Part shown: piece after piece, positions 19,625 to 32,100 of the stretch | Layout: the number at the start of each line of letters is the position of its first letter | Numbering within the stretch: the stretch's first letter is position 1 | Assembly (NCBI GenBank): GCA_018985235.1 | Contig: JADGIG010000020.1 | Location: 1 to 42,443, forward strand | Length of the DNA: 42,443 nucleotides | Reading direction: 5' to 3' | Source: Sanchytrium tribonematis | Taxonomy: Eukaryota | Program-made: the position numbers and the translations under genes | Notes under the pieces: model-generated | What the model was told of the DNA's origin: nothing | The model's input: the letters and a program-made list of their open reading frames with translations, nothing else | The model's database searches: none

Positions 19625-20954
19625 ATGAGTCACTCTTCGCCGAATTTAATTGATATTCCTAGCCCGAATATTCAGTCAGAAAATGAAATTTCACAGGGTA
19701 GTTTGCTCTCCAAACTCAAGGAAATTATAGGAAAAGACATAGATAGTCTTAGAATATCAATCCCGATGTTTTTAATCCATCCCGAATCAAATCTGCCATT
19801 TTTAAGCCGATTGCACAATATCGAAAAACTAATGAAAATTAGCAATGACAAAGTAGAACGGTTTACAGACATGTTATCGGCATATCTCGCACAATTAAAA
19901 AATGGACTTGTTAAGTCCAAAAAACCTTTAAATCCTGTTTTGGGAGAAATTTATAAGACGGTGTTTGTTGATAACGCCTTGAAATCCAAGAACAAGGTTC
20001 ATGTCGTAGCGGAGCAAGTATCGCATCATCCACCTGTATCAGTTTTTACCTGTTTTACCGAGGACGGTAAAACCGTAGCTACAACACTCTTTGATACTAA
20101 GGCATCATTTACAGGTTTACATTTCAGCTTAAAAAACGATTCAAAAGCCCACGTTCAGCGAAGCGTATTTATAGATGGAAATGAAACCCTTGAAAATTAT
20201 TATTGTATATTTCCTGACGCAATTGTGACTGGAATAATGAGTGGCTCTTTTCAACTTGAATGGACCAACCAATTCACATTTTGGAGTCCTGAATTGGGTC
20301 TGAAAGCAATTATTAAATTCGAAAATAGCTGGTTTTCAAAAACAAAGGTTGAAGGCTGGATATTTCGGATATCAGATGTCGTTGAACCTTCAATTTCTAC
20401 TAGTAAGGAATCCTTAAAATCCCTTGCGAAGTCGTTAAAGACTGTAAAGATCGACGGACCAGGTTTAAATGAATTAAGGCCAGAGGCTTCGGATATTTTG
20501 TTTAGCATATGGGGTAGCCATCATGATACGATCATGGCTACTACAATCGATAAATCTGTAACTTAAATTTACGTAGAATTCCGTAATATTGTATTCTGTA
20601 GAAGATGCTGGTACGTTTTCGCAGATAAATCCCAAGTATCCTAATTTGGAGCAGATGATAAACTTTAATGAAAATTTTGAATCTTATATGAAAGATATTT
20701 ATGACAAAGGCTCAACATGGAGGCACTCCGAATTAAATTCAGATGATTTAGAACCTCACAATAGCCAAGTATTATGGTTTGCAGTAACTCAGTCTGTCGC
20801 GCAAGAGCAGTCATCAAAAGCTTCAGATTGGAAAAATTACATTGAAGAAAGACAGCGAAAAATACGGCAATCTTATCCTGATGAAAAATATCCTCTCAAA
20901 TTTTATGACTTTTCAGATGACTGGTTACCATACAAATTTAAAATGCCAAAATAA
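19625..20954 (+). CDS. Short oxysterol-binding protein homolog (Osh/ORP); join(19625..20557,20577..20954), 436 aa
   Basis: 'KKPLNPVLGE', signature EQVSHHPP, and C-terminal 'K..IEERQR'. Confidence 0.92.
20558..20576 (+). other. 19-nt intron GTAACTTAAATTTACGTAG
   Basis: Removal joins the two OSBP ORFs in frame (IDKS|NSVILYS). Confidence 0.9.
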
Positions 20955-21005
20955 ATCTTTTTCGTTTTCCAGGGAGTTGTATTGTTTTAAAAAAGCATTC
21001 AGTTT

Positions 21006-21899
21006 ATGTTGGTTGTAAAGTATAAGCAAAGAATGCAAAAGCTTAAACACGACACCAAAGCTTTTGAAAAATTAGAACTCAGTACAGAAGGAAAGCGAGA
21101 AAGTAAAATTAATTTAAATCATGATTCGAAAGTAAAAAAGCTAGAATATCAAATTGCATTAGAAAAGCAGAAAAATAAAGAACTTGATATGGACAACTCA
21201 CGATTAAGTTCTGAATTGTCAGACGTCAAAATAGCCCTTAGGGAAGCTACATTAGCTCTACGGACTACGGAAAACAAGTTGAATGCAAAAATAAGATCAA
21301 AAATTACTCAAATACCGGTTCCCATCAAGTCCTCAAATGATTTAGAAACTAAAAACTATGCTTTATGCCAACACATTCAGCAAAAATTTGAAAAAGACAG
21401 TGAATACGTTAGGGAGTCACTGATAAACAAGATTAGAGATATATTCGATGGCTATGTTATCAAGACGTCAAAACTGTATCCCAGCTTAGATGAATTTTTG
21501 AGCCAAAAAGATGTTGCCCTTATAACGTTTAAAGTTCAAAGTACCTACAATGTGTATGGATTATTTTCTGGGAATATCAGAATTGAAACATCATATGCAA
21601 ATATATTTGAAAAAGCTGTTGCCAACCTGCCGCAATTAGAATATCACAATAATATGAATTTCGAGCTCGATAAATTTGGCTCTTATGTCCTGCGTCTTCT
21701 CTCAATTTTGAAACCTCAATCCTTGATAATTTTCAGCAATAGAGATTTAAAGTTTTGTTTCGGGACTTCGAAACGATATATATATACCTATTCTATTGGG
21801 GTTCTTTATTATGAAGATGAAAAGGAAGGAAGTATCTTTATGTATCCACATGCTACGATCAAAATTAAAGGTGGTGAATCGTTTTGCAATTTTCATTAA
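21006..21899 (+). CDS. Hypothetical coiled-coil protein; 3' end uncertain, may extend to 22040 via tiny introns
   Basis: 297-codon ORF with N-terminal heptad repeats; no family recognised. Confidence 0.6.
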   Translation: MLVVKYKQRMQKLKHDTKAFEKLELSTEGKRESKINLNHDSKVKKLEYQIALEKQKNKELDMDNSRLSSELSDVKIALREATLALRTTENKLNAKIRSKITQIPVPIKSSNDLETKNYALCQHIQQKFEKDSEYVRESLINKIRDIFDGYVIKTSKLYPSLDEFLSQKDVALITFKVQSTYNVYGLFSGNIRIETSYANIFEKAVANLPQLEYHNNMNFELDKFGSYVLRLLSILKPQSLIIFSNRDLKFCFGTSKRYIYTYSIGVLYYEDEKEGSIFMYPHATIKIKGGESFCNFH

Positions 21900-22074
21900 T
21901 GACGTATCTAATCAAATCTCTAAAGTTGAAACTAAAATATGCAGTTCGAGCAAAAGATACTCAGTCATTTAGATCGAATTTATGAAGAAATGTTGGATTC
22001 TCTGGAAGAAGATATTATCAATTCATATTCAAGTAAATAAATTAAAACCCCTCGAATTCGATTCTCCTACGTAC

Positions 22075-22650
22075 ATGTATTTACGTCGATTTCTTAAAGT
22101 GCTGGCTAGCGAGATAAAAAGTGGAGATCATATTATATTTAAAAGTAGATTGTCAAAAGTAAATGTTGTGTCCCATTCTCATTTGGGAAGAAGCGGAGCC
22201 ACTCTGAAATTTCAAATTGGAGATCTCAAAAACTTAGGATCTACTTCCTTTACATGTCGACCCTCAGAATCTATAGAATTGGTTGAAATAGAATGGCACA
22301 CCTGTTCAATTGTATCCATTTCGGATGGTGAGGCTGTACTAAAATCAGAAAATGAAATTGAATATGTATTAGATGAGTCCTTGATTCCGACATTTTCATT
22401 CTTACAAATTGATATGTTGATTAAAATTGGGGTATACGACAAGGAAGTTGTTAGCGTTAAGATGCCTACTCATTCTATTTACAAAATTACGCATGTTGAA
22501 AATTCAGGTAGTGCGGATCGAAAAAAAGGGATAAAATTTTCTTGGATGATACTTGAAAGTGGTGCAAGAATAAAGGCTCCTGGATTTTTGAAAGCGGGTG
22601 ACCAAATTGAGGTCAATTTAAGTAAGTTGACATACCAGAGGAGAATCTAA
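22075..22650 (+). CDS. Bacterial-type elongation factor P homolog, probably mitochondrial
   Basis: Short basic presequence MYLRRFLK; then 'ASEIKSG..I', tip loop 'HLGRSGA', 'V.MP', and 'LESGARIKAPGFLKAGDQIEVN...YQRR' (EF-P C-terminal signature). ATG at 22075. Confidence 0.82.
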   Translation: MYLRRFLKVLASEIKSGDHIIFKSRLSKVNVVSHSHLGRSGATLKFQIGDLKNLGSTSFTCRPSESIELVEIEWHTCSIVSISDGEAVLKSENEIEYVLDESLIPTFSFLQIDMLIKIGVYDKEVVSVKMPTHSIYKITHVENSGSADRKKGIKFSWMILESGARIKAPGFLKAGDQIEVNLSKLTYQRRI

Positions 22651-22653
22651 TAT

Positions 22654-24613
22654 TTATTCTGATGCTTTGTCAAAGATTGGAAAATTCGACTTGACAGTTT
22701 CCCATGTCCATCCGTAATCTTGAAAGTCATCGTCTTTGAGGTATGCAAATCCATTTGTTAGCTTAAGCATTACGTCATGAATTGCACTAATTTTAATTCG
22801 CACTTGTTCTAACGAATCTCTTTCACGAAGAGTAACTGCTTCGTCTTTAAGGGTGTCAAAATCAATCGTGATACAATAAGGCGTACCTACCTCATCAGCC
22901 CTAACATATCTTTTGCCAATTGTTGTAGAGCTCGAATCCTCCAATGTGTGAACACCTAGAGTCTTCAATCTTTTGGCGATTTTGTCGGCTATAGGAGTTA
23001 AACTGTCATTATTGAAAAGTGGTAATACAGCACACTGTACTGGGGCCATATGAGGACAAAATCCCAACACGTTTCGTTTGGCATCTTCTGGGCGGCCATA
23101 ATAAGATTGCTCTAAAAGTCCGTAAATAATTCTTCCAAATCCAAAACTTGGCTCAATAATATGAGGTACAATTTCCTCTACTGTGTAAAAATAAATTACC
23201 ATGCAATATTTCTGTTTTGGGGGTGATCGTCACCATTTCAGAATCGATTGTAATCTCGCCTAATGTTTCTGTTTTTATAATGTGGCTTCCTGCAGATTGA
23301 AGATTTGTCATCAGAGTTTCTTTTTCAGTAAAGTCCAAATTTTCAAGAATTTGCTGTACTGATTTTGCATCCCTTTTGAAAGATTTGCCAATAATGTTCA
23401 TTTTTACATCGATCGCCAATACATCTCTTTTAATTGGAGGGTCAAGTTTTTTCCGATATACCATTTTTTCCTTGGTACTTTCTGAATGCTTCGTCAGGTC
23501 AAAACACCCTCTATCAGCTAAACCAATAGCTTCAATCCATCCGTAACTTGTTAAAATTTCAGTATCCCAACAATCATTTGCATAATGTGCCATTTCATTG
23601 CTCATGTGCTGCCGAAACCTAAATCCGTTATTATTGAATCCGATAAAATTTAGAAATAGCTGGATCCTTCCTAAGTAATATCCCAAAATTTGAGACTTTA
23701 TAAAATTTTGTTTGACAGCCTCATCGATTGTCATGACAGAAATCGTCTCAAGCCCTTTTTGCTGAGTCTTGGCATCTAAGAGTCGAATTTCAAGATTCTT
23801 AATTGTATCAAATTTGGGGTGTGATTTCTCATTAGGATCCACAAAATGTTCAATTTCACCCATTAGAAACTCGCGAACTCTCAAAATTCCAGATCTTGGA
23901 GCAATCTCATTTCGAAATGACTTTCCGATTGTGCAACTGACCGGCAATTCCTTTAGCTCGCTAAGCTTATTGAAATGCATAAATTGGGACTGCGCAGTTT
24001 CTGGTCTCATAAAAGCATTAATGGGGGTCATTCTTTTAGCAGTTTGCTCCATAACATCAGTATCAACCCCCAGACATGTACCAAACATCAAATTGAATGC
24101 TATGCAGTGACTTAAGGGTTTTCCAGTAGGAGACTCAATTTTGTGTTGTTTAATAATATCATCAAACTCAGAATTTGTAAAATTATCCAGTTGATTTAGA
24201 AGAGACTTGTAAATCTTATGCTCTGCTGAATATTCTTTTTTCTCCAGACGATCCTGAAAAACTTGCTTTATCAAGTGATCTGCCCGAAAGACATTTCCGG
24301 TCGATTTGCCCTTATCCAGTTCATACGTCATCCAGTCACTAAATCTATCGACATGTCCGCTACTCTTCAAAACCGGGTATGGTGTAATACTAACGGTATC
24401 TAATTCAAACATATTTTCCTCCACAATAAACCATTTGCGAAAATAATAAATAAGATTATTCATCAACGGTGCACCATAAGGACCATAATCAAACAATCCT
24501 TTATAGCCACCATAGATCCCAAAAGACGGGTACACAAATTTCCTTGCCAAAAGTATGTCAAACTCAGTTTTGTTCAATCGATGCAAGGACATGGGGATGT
24601 TTGAAGTCTCCAT
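22654..24613 (-). CDS. GRS1: Glycyl-tRNA synthetase, eukaryotic alpha2 type; complement join(23200..24613,22654..23180), 646 aa
   Basis: 'IYGG..GLFDYGP', 'SGHVDRF', 'RPETAQ', 'GKSFRNEI', 'EMAHYA.DCWD', 'IEPSFG.GR', and anticodon domain 'IGKRY.RADEVGTP'. Confidence 0.95.
23181..23199 (-). other. 19-nt intron GTAATTTATTTTTACACAG
   Basis: Removal gives ILHVEEIVPHIIEPSFG, matching the conserved GlyRS segment. Confidence 0.95.
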
Positions 24614-24719
24614 ATTCCAGTTTTTATTGACAAGAAACAAGCAAATGCTGACATTAACACGATGATAAGTTTTAAAATTTAGAAGGCGACAATGATAATT
24701 TAAAAAATTTAAATTTGTG

Positions 24720-25145
24720 ATGAAACTTTTTGTTGATACAAAAGGATTGCCAGCGCTATCACTAGTCAATTTCGATTCTTATATTGCCATAAATAGTCCG
24801 GTAGATCTAATGAACTTTGATCCTGAGTCACTTGTACAATTTTTGACCGTGAATTTTGCAGTTGTTGATATTTTTCCATGGTTATTTCTTTTTCACCATC
24901 AAAATCTGAAAGAGGTCTTAAATTATTGCACCAAACTAATTAATTTAAATGTTGGACTAATTTTGCACATTAACGACGCAGAACAATTGCAAATATTCTA
25001 TTTTCTGATGGAATACGCAACATCTTATGAAATATACAAGAGATTTGAAAGCGGCGAAACCAATTATAGAGCAGATGGAGAGTTACTGAAAGATGGCGAG
25101 CGTCAATTGGTCAAATTAGGTAAGAGAAAAATAAAAATTATTTAA
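24720..25145 (+). CDS. Hypothetical 141-aa protein, possibly a reduced Elongator Elp6-like subunit
   Basis: 'FAVVDIFPWL', 'LILHIN' and C-terminal 'FESGETNYRADGEL...VKLGKRKIKII' loosely resemble the Elp6 tail. Weak call. Confidence 0.4.
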   Translation: MKLFVDTKGLPALSLVNFDSYIAINSPVDLMNFDPESLVQFLTVNFAVVDIFPWLFLFHHQNLKEVLNYCTKLINLNVGLILHINDAEQLQIFYFLMEYATSYEIYKRFESGETNYRADGELLKDGERQLVKLGKRKIKII

Positions 25146-26430
25146 CTTGATACATGCATAGAATAAAATCAATTCCTGAATCCAATGATAAATGTGGATG
25201 CTTTGATACATACTCCAATCGCTTACCTTCAAAATTACAATAGTAATTAGTCCAACATGGGCAAGCAACATTTGAAGGCATGGCAATATAGTCACCGCTC
25301 TTCATTGTCAATAGTCCAATGTTGCTCCCAATTGAATTTACGTTAAAACTTTTGTGCCTTGTCATAAATTCTGGCATACTGTACGTTTTATATAGCCAAA
25401 GCGAAGAGTTTGTTGAGGCAGTTGCTAATAACGGGCTTGTAAAAAGTAGATGTATCATTCCACCTTGGTGAAAGTAGAATATAAAACTAAGCAGTAGTCC
25501 GTGCAGAATAACCACCCTATATTTAATAGAAAAATTACCAGTGGTGTATAATATTAGTGGAAACATTGCTACTAAAAATCTGGCTTCCTGATGTGGAAAT
25601 AAAGATAACAACAAAATTGGAAATATTAAATATGTGGCATACTTCATAGAATTTCTAGCTGCCTGAAGCATATTAGTCACATATGGCAAATAAATGAGAG
25701 GAATGTTGACAAAAACATGAGTCCATCGTGAATGCAGACCGTGGAGTTTCAAGTTTTCAGTGTTAATATTGTATAATAAATTTTGGATCAAAGGAAATCT
25801 TAAAGGTGTAATTGATCCATAATTATATAATATGGAATCAATAAATATTAATAAAATAGTAAATAAACCACCGGAAATCGCAAAATAAATCCAGAATTGA
25901 ATTTGCTTGTTTGTAAATAGGAGATCTAACAAGTAGGGCAAAACGAAGGCCGGGTAGGTGATTCTATTGAAGATGCCTACCGAGGTAAGCATTCCCAACA
26001 CAAATGGATTAGCACTTAAAATGGACGCCAATAAAACGTAAAGTTCTATTGTGTTGGAAAATGACCTGGTTGAATATGTCAAACAAATAAACCCTGCAGA
26101 ATGTGTGCTCGCATTTTTTGCACAAAATCGATTAATAAATTTATCTAAGAAGAATGACCAAAATAACAACGTAACTTTGATGCCTAAAAAAAGCAGAAAT
26201 TCATTTTCTAATTGTAAAAAGTGGTAAAAAAGAAGAAATGGGCCAAAAATGATGATATTTGGTCCAAGGCTTCTGGCAATTGAAGAATATTCCCAGGGTA
26301 GTTGCAAATTAGATCCTAGCAGGTAATTACACAATGGATCAATGCTTTGCATATATTCATCTGGATGAATTATTCCTGGTGCTAACAGGAAAAAAACTCG
26401 AATTGATTGCCAAGTAGTCAAACATTTCAT
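25138..26430 (-). CDS. SMP3: GPI mannosyltransferase 4 (Smp3/PIG-Z, GT22)
   Basis: 'IHPDEYMQS', 'LPWEY', 'TRSFSNTIE', 'HGLHSRWTH', 'PHQEARFL', 'HQGG'; polytopic membrane protein. Confidence 0.9.
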   Translation of the reverse strand: MKCLTTWQSIRVFFLLAPGIIHPDEYMQSIDPLCNYLLGSNLQLPWEYSSIARSLGPNIIIFGPFLLFYHFLQLENEFLLFLGIKVTLLFWSFFLDKFINRFCAKNASTHSAGFICLTYSTRSFSNTIELYVLLASILSANPFVLGMLTSVGIFNRITYPAFVLPYLLDLLFTNKQIQFWIYFAISGGLFTILLIFIDSILYNYGSITPLRFPLIQNLLYNINTENLKLHGLHSRWTHVFVNIPLIYLPYVTNMLQAARNSMKYATYLIFPILLLSLFPHQEARFLVAMFPLILYTTGNFSIKYRVVILHGLLLSFIFYFHQGGMIHLLFTSPLLATASTNSSLWLYKTYSMPEFMTRHKSFNVNSIGSNIGLLTMKSGDYIAMPSNVACPCWTNYYCNFEGKRLEYVSKHPHLSLDSGIDFILCMYQVK

Positions 26431-26458
26431 TCAAGTGAATCTCCGTAAAAAATTTATT

Positions 26459-29075
26459 TTACGACCTAGCAAAATTTGAATCGTGGAAGTACCTCGCCCC
26501 AATTGGAGGAAGATCGGGGACTATTGGATCATCTTTGGGTAATTCAATTCCTTCAGCAGCTATGTCTAATAGATGTAATCTCAGTTCCAAATCTGATAAG
26601 CTATTAACAAATTCAGCAGTGTCCTTATTTTGAATTGGACGTTCAAGAAGCATATTGAACCCGTCGGTCCATTCTGAAAATTGAGTTGGATTTTGACAAA
26701 TTATTTCAATATTTACCAGTCCATCACTCGTATTTCCACTTGTATCTTCCGCAGTTGTAACAACCCTGAACATCAAATCTTTATATGCAATGTCCTGTTT
26801 TTTATTTTGAGCATCAGGTGAAGGTCCCATGGATATGTCGGTTACATTCAAGATATCAACTAAATTAAAGAAGTGTACTTTTGTTTGGTAAATCTTCAAC
26901 ATTAAGATTCGAGTCTCTGGCTTCTGGGTATTCTCCCCAATGTATAAATTTGCGATTACTAGATAATTTGAAAAATCTAGCTTGGTTTTTCTTTTGTTTG
27001 TTAAGAATTGGACTTTGAAACCAAGCACCCGCAAGCAGGCAGCTAATTCTTTGATCTTTAATAAAGTCATATGTGTCTGTATAAAGTTTTTTTCTTAAAT
27101 TCCGTACCATGTGATGATTTACGAGTTGGTCTTCTTCCTCGATGTCTTTAATGTATCTACTTTTTATGTTGGAGTACTTTTCATTCACAATTATTGGAAT
27201 TAATGCCTCTAATGGAATTGTCTCTTGCTTCAGGCAAGTTTTCATATGGGACCTAGTAATAGCCAAGATTTTTAAAAAATGGGCATTATATTCTGGATCA
27301 GACAGTCCCAGCTTCTTTTCGTCAGAAAGATCCTCTCCCCACAATCGCAAAAATGTTTGCAGCAAAGAAGTTTGAACTTGCTCAAAACTAAGTATGTGTG
27401 GCTGGAAAGAAGTCTTAGTCATAACTCCTGTGCTGATGTCCCAATGATCACAAAGCATCTCGGTTATTTCGAAACTGGCGCGACAAACTGGTGGCCGCAT
27501 GCTCCAATTTTCGTCAGGATTGTCTAAGTTTAGATCAATTGGAAGAACCTTAAATTGCTCCAAAATATCCTTTTTAATTAAAATGTCAATTAATAACTGT
27601 AATCCTAGTACCCCAACTCTAGTTGCATCTTTAACTGGATCTTCCGTTTTGAATCCAAGTCGGCGCCAAAACCTAATGTCTTGATCTTTTTCATTCTTGG
27701 TGTCTTCCAAATCTTCTACAAAAACATCGTCATCGTCATTAACATTCTGAAGTGATTCGGTCAAATTTTGACTTTCTTTCAATTCAAGTGTAGTTTCTTC
27801 TTGAAGTGCGGATCTGGTTGAAGATGATTTTTTCTTGGCCCTTTTCTTAGTAGCTCTTTTTAATTTATCCGAGGTGTCCAGATCATTAACTGATCCCAAA
27901 GGCGATTCTTCAGATGTTGCGGCAAAAATGTTTCCTTCTGACAATCCCACCTCAGAGGTGGCCTTAAGGGGAGCAAAAGACAATTTGCTGGGAGAAGGAG
28001 ACTGTACGCTAGATGAAGGATCAATAATTACGGATGCTTCTTCTTTTTTACGTAACACCATCGATCTTGGGAACCCGAAAACTTGTAATACATCATTCAG
28101 TAAATTCACAACTCTCTTTTCTTCCCATGATACATTCGTCGATTTCCGTAGAAAATATTCGAAAATGACATGTCTTTGAAACTCAAGCAGTGTTTTATCA
28201 ACCTCTTCCTGCTGTCCTACTTTAGCCATTAAGGATATTATTATTTCTCTAGTTCCATTTTGATACAATAACCTGGCAAACTGCTCCTTATTGCTCGAAT
28301 GTAAGGAATTTTTAAACAAAGAGTTGAGCAATGTCAAGCTACTGACTTGCACCAAATGATCGCTGGCACTGAGTCTCTGAATTAAAGTGGATATGACATT
28401 CGCAGATCCACATGCTGTAATCGCTCTATTAAGTACATCAAATCCATAGCATCTTACAGCCCCTGTGGATTTTTCGTCAGCATTAGCAATTTTTATAATA
28501 ATACTGGTTACTGGTTTCGAAATTGTAAATAAACTTTCGTTAACTAAAGTATGAACTAGATGCTCGATAAATTTATCTTCGAAAGTATCCCATCCACTAT
28601 CCATTTCCATTAAATTATTCAAGGCCACCAAAGCATATGCTAAAGTATTACCACTTGCTTCCAAAATTACTTTTTTAACAGCCAAAAAACCCTCTTTAGC
28701 AACAAATTCATTAACATAATCCCTCTCTCTTAATCTTTTTTGCAGTGCAAACATGGTCAATTTAATAGCAGCAACATCACTGGACTTCAATTTCTCAATA
28801 GCTTCCTTACTTTCAATAGCTGGTGAAGCAGTCAGTTTTAATGTTGCATTAACTTCTAATTTCTTCTTCAGATATTCTTCAGTCATCAAACTATCATCTT
28901 CACATCTTAAAGAATAAGCTTGTCCAATTGGTAAGCCATCCATTTGATTCGGTAATGAAAATGACTCCACGCATAATTTTGTGACTACTTGTTCTAATGT
29001 ATTACTTGTATTGATACTTACAGCTATACTGTTCTTTGTTTTTTCATTAAAAACTGTAATATTAATAGAAGGCAT
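26459..29075 (-). CDS. ELMO/CED-12 family protein (ubiquitin-like, ARM, ELMO domain, PH, proline-rich tail); complement join(26879..29075,26459..26859), 865 aa
   Basis: 'GNTLAYAL.AL..LME', 'WRRLGFKTEDP..D..RVGVLGL', 'FIKDQRISCLLAGAWF', 'WTDGFNML', tail 'P.VPDLPP'. Confidence 0.9.
26860..26878 (-). other. 19-nt intron GTACACTTCTTTAATTTAG
   Basis: Removal joins the PH domain in frame (EDLPNKIDILNVTDI). Confidence 0.92.
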
Positions 29076-29189
29076 CAAGCAGACGTATGTTTCAGATGAG
29101 TCTCAATTTGTTTTGAAAGGAGAAATCAAGGAACTTATTGAGGAATTGAGAGCCTTTATCGCGAAGACCGCTTCCATATTTAAAATGAA

Positions 29190-32100
29190 TCATTTATTAA
29201 AGCTAAATTTCAGCAAGGTGGACTGGGTAATCACATTTAATATATTTGATTGCGTATCAAAACAGAAATCATCAATTGGATGTTCGATATTAAATCTGTG
29301 TATTATATTAAGCGATCTTAAATCGAAAATGACTAATGACTGATCTTCTTGACCTATAAATGAATATCTGTCTGTACACTGTAATTTTTGGACAAAAGTA
29401 TTAGTGCTATGTTTGACATTACCATTGATATCAAAAACTTGAAGATGATATTCAGAATTTAATTTGCTTAATACAAGTACGTCAGCATAAACGGGTGTAA
29501 TTAAAACTTGTATGACATTGTAATTTAAATCAATTTTGAAGGACTGGATAGATTTTGATAAAGTATGAAAAATAAGCCGATTTGATAAATCAACACTGAC
29601 TAATATGTCATTATCCGATTGACACTCTAAGCATTTGATGGGACTAAGGTGGCCATGAAACGATCTTGTAAAATTCTCACGAATATTACCATTTAATCGA
29701 TTGAGACGATAGCACTTGATTGTAGAATCAGAATAGCCACAAAATATATATCTATCATCTTCAGTAATTTTGAGGACAGTGGGAGTTCTTTTGGGAACAC
29801 CTGAATGTAAAACCAACCATGCTTCCTCAAAGATTGGTGACTTTAAAGTCATAGTATCAAAATCATAAATGAAGAGCATTCCCAGCCAAGAATTGCACAC
29901 ATATAATTTGGATAGTGTGCTATTGACTACACATAATTTAGATATGGAATCACAGGTGTATGGAATTTTCTTAAGTATCATTTCAAAGCCATCGAAAATT
30001 GATGGAATTCTGTTTTCATTGACTAGCACGAGTTTCTTGTTGTAAGACAATATAAAGTAATTCGAGCTCTTCAAAGCCACCTTGTCTATTTTATGCTGTG
30101 ATTTCCACATTTCACAAGATTTATCTCGTAACGATTTTATATGCTTTTTTTGCTCATGGCTTTCAGTGAAAAGTTGATGTGGAGTTTGTCCAAATTCACT
30201 CATATAAGTTTCAATAACGAGCTTCTGCTCAGGTGTAACATTTGCAAAAGTGGTCCCTTCATATGTTAGATAGTGGAATGTGTTATTATTTTCTTCGGCT
30301 AATTTGCCTCTTTGTTTAGAGCCAAAAATCAAATCGATCCATAAATGAATTCTTTGACTGACATAATCACTCTCTAGAATATCACTCAGATGGTCACAAT
30401 ATTGCCTACTAGTACACCAATTTGGTAATTGAACATCGTCAACTACGTCGCCATTTTGTTTTGTTCCAAATGAAAAACCACTTTCATTTTTGAACATCTC
30501 AGATAAGTAAAATAAATCAGGGATTCCTTCTTTTATGTCAGATACATGTTTGAAGGCGCTGTGTAGTGTCTTTTCCATAGAGCTAAATAAGCGATCTGCA
30601 TTATCAAACTTATTATTTTGAAGTTTAACATGACAGCTCGTCAAAGGCTCAATTCTAAGCAAAAAGTAAAGAACGATAGCAGATGATGAGTAGTGTGTAT
30701 GATACAAAAATTGAACCTTTTCAGTTTTTAGTTCCTTAGATCTATTTAATATTTGCTTTAGTCTTTGTTCGTTACAAGCACCAACAGGCTTGCTGAAATC
30801 TCTCAATTCTCCATTTTGTTCAACCTCAAAGGTTAATAATGGAAACACAGGATATTGGGAGAGATCAAAGTAGGATCGACCACTCAGGATATTTAATTGA
30901 ATCAAATAATTAAAATTTGTCAATTCTCCTTGGAGAAATTTGCTTTTTAGGGCTAAAGCCTCTTCTTTGCGACTCATTACAAGCTGATTTACATCCAAAA
31001 TATTAAGTCCCAATTTAATCAAATTCCGAATAAAATTTTTTCTCCCCACATTACTTTGAAAATTAATCAGCAAGCACTGTCCTCCAAGTAGTTTAACATA
31101 CGCACCATTTGTATTCAATTTGTATCTCCGAAAGCTAATATTTTGTACATCTTCAGCAAAAAAACTGATTTCGTGGTGAAGACCATTCAGCAAGGGTCTT
31201 AATTGGTCATCATTGAAGTCTTGACAACTATTTAAATCCAGCTTCAATACGACTCTTTCTTTATCGAAAAATAATTCTGCATTGATTTCAAACATATAAT
31301 AAACAACTTTAACAAATTCCGAAATAATTTTCTTTTCGTCTACTATGCTCCATTCTTCTAAAAGTTGCTGATCCTCGTCAATTATATTTTGCATATTAAA
31401 GTCATAGTCGAGAGTAGAAAGAGTTTTGATTTCAGTGTTATTTCCAGTTTGGTGGGGAACAAAGCGATAATTAGGCAGAAACTTCCTTCTTAGTCCTTCC
31501 TCATTAATGTGATCGTCAAGATACTTGTGCTGTGTTTGTGTTCCCGACAACCAAGGATGATTTCCTTGTAAAATTTCTTGTTTAAGTTTTTGAAATTGCA
31601 GTTTCAATTCGTACGGTGGAATAACCTTGGATTTAAAAGTTTCTATCCAATTTGTTACATTCGTTTCTTCAAATTTTGAAAATATCTTGGATTCCTTACT
31701 CAAATCACTTTCGATTGCGTCGACAGTTAAATTAATTTTTTTCATTGTTTCCACAATCCCTTTACTGCAACTAAATGCATTAAATTGTCTATGTTCGTCA
31801 ATATCTTTAAACAACTCATTCAATTCAGTTAGTTCTATAAGTTCGTCTAAATCTTTATCCTGATTTTCCAATAGAAATTGATGTGACGGATATTTTTTTG
31901 CCAGGAATTTTAAAAGCTCCCCAAGAACTGTAGCATTATCTCTGTATTTCCAATAGGGATATAAGCACCATGCAAATACTATCTGGCATTCATCTGTAAC
32001 AATTCCCAAGTAATACTTTTCATAAACTTTTTTAAGTAGTTGTTTGTCAGGAAATATTCTATTGAAAAAAGACATAAAAGTTCCTCTTGCTAGCATCAAG

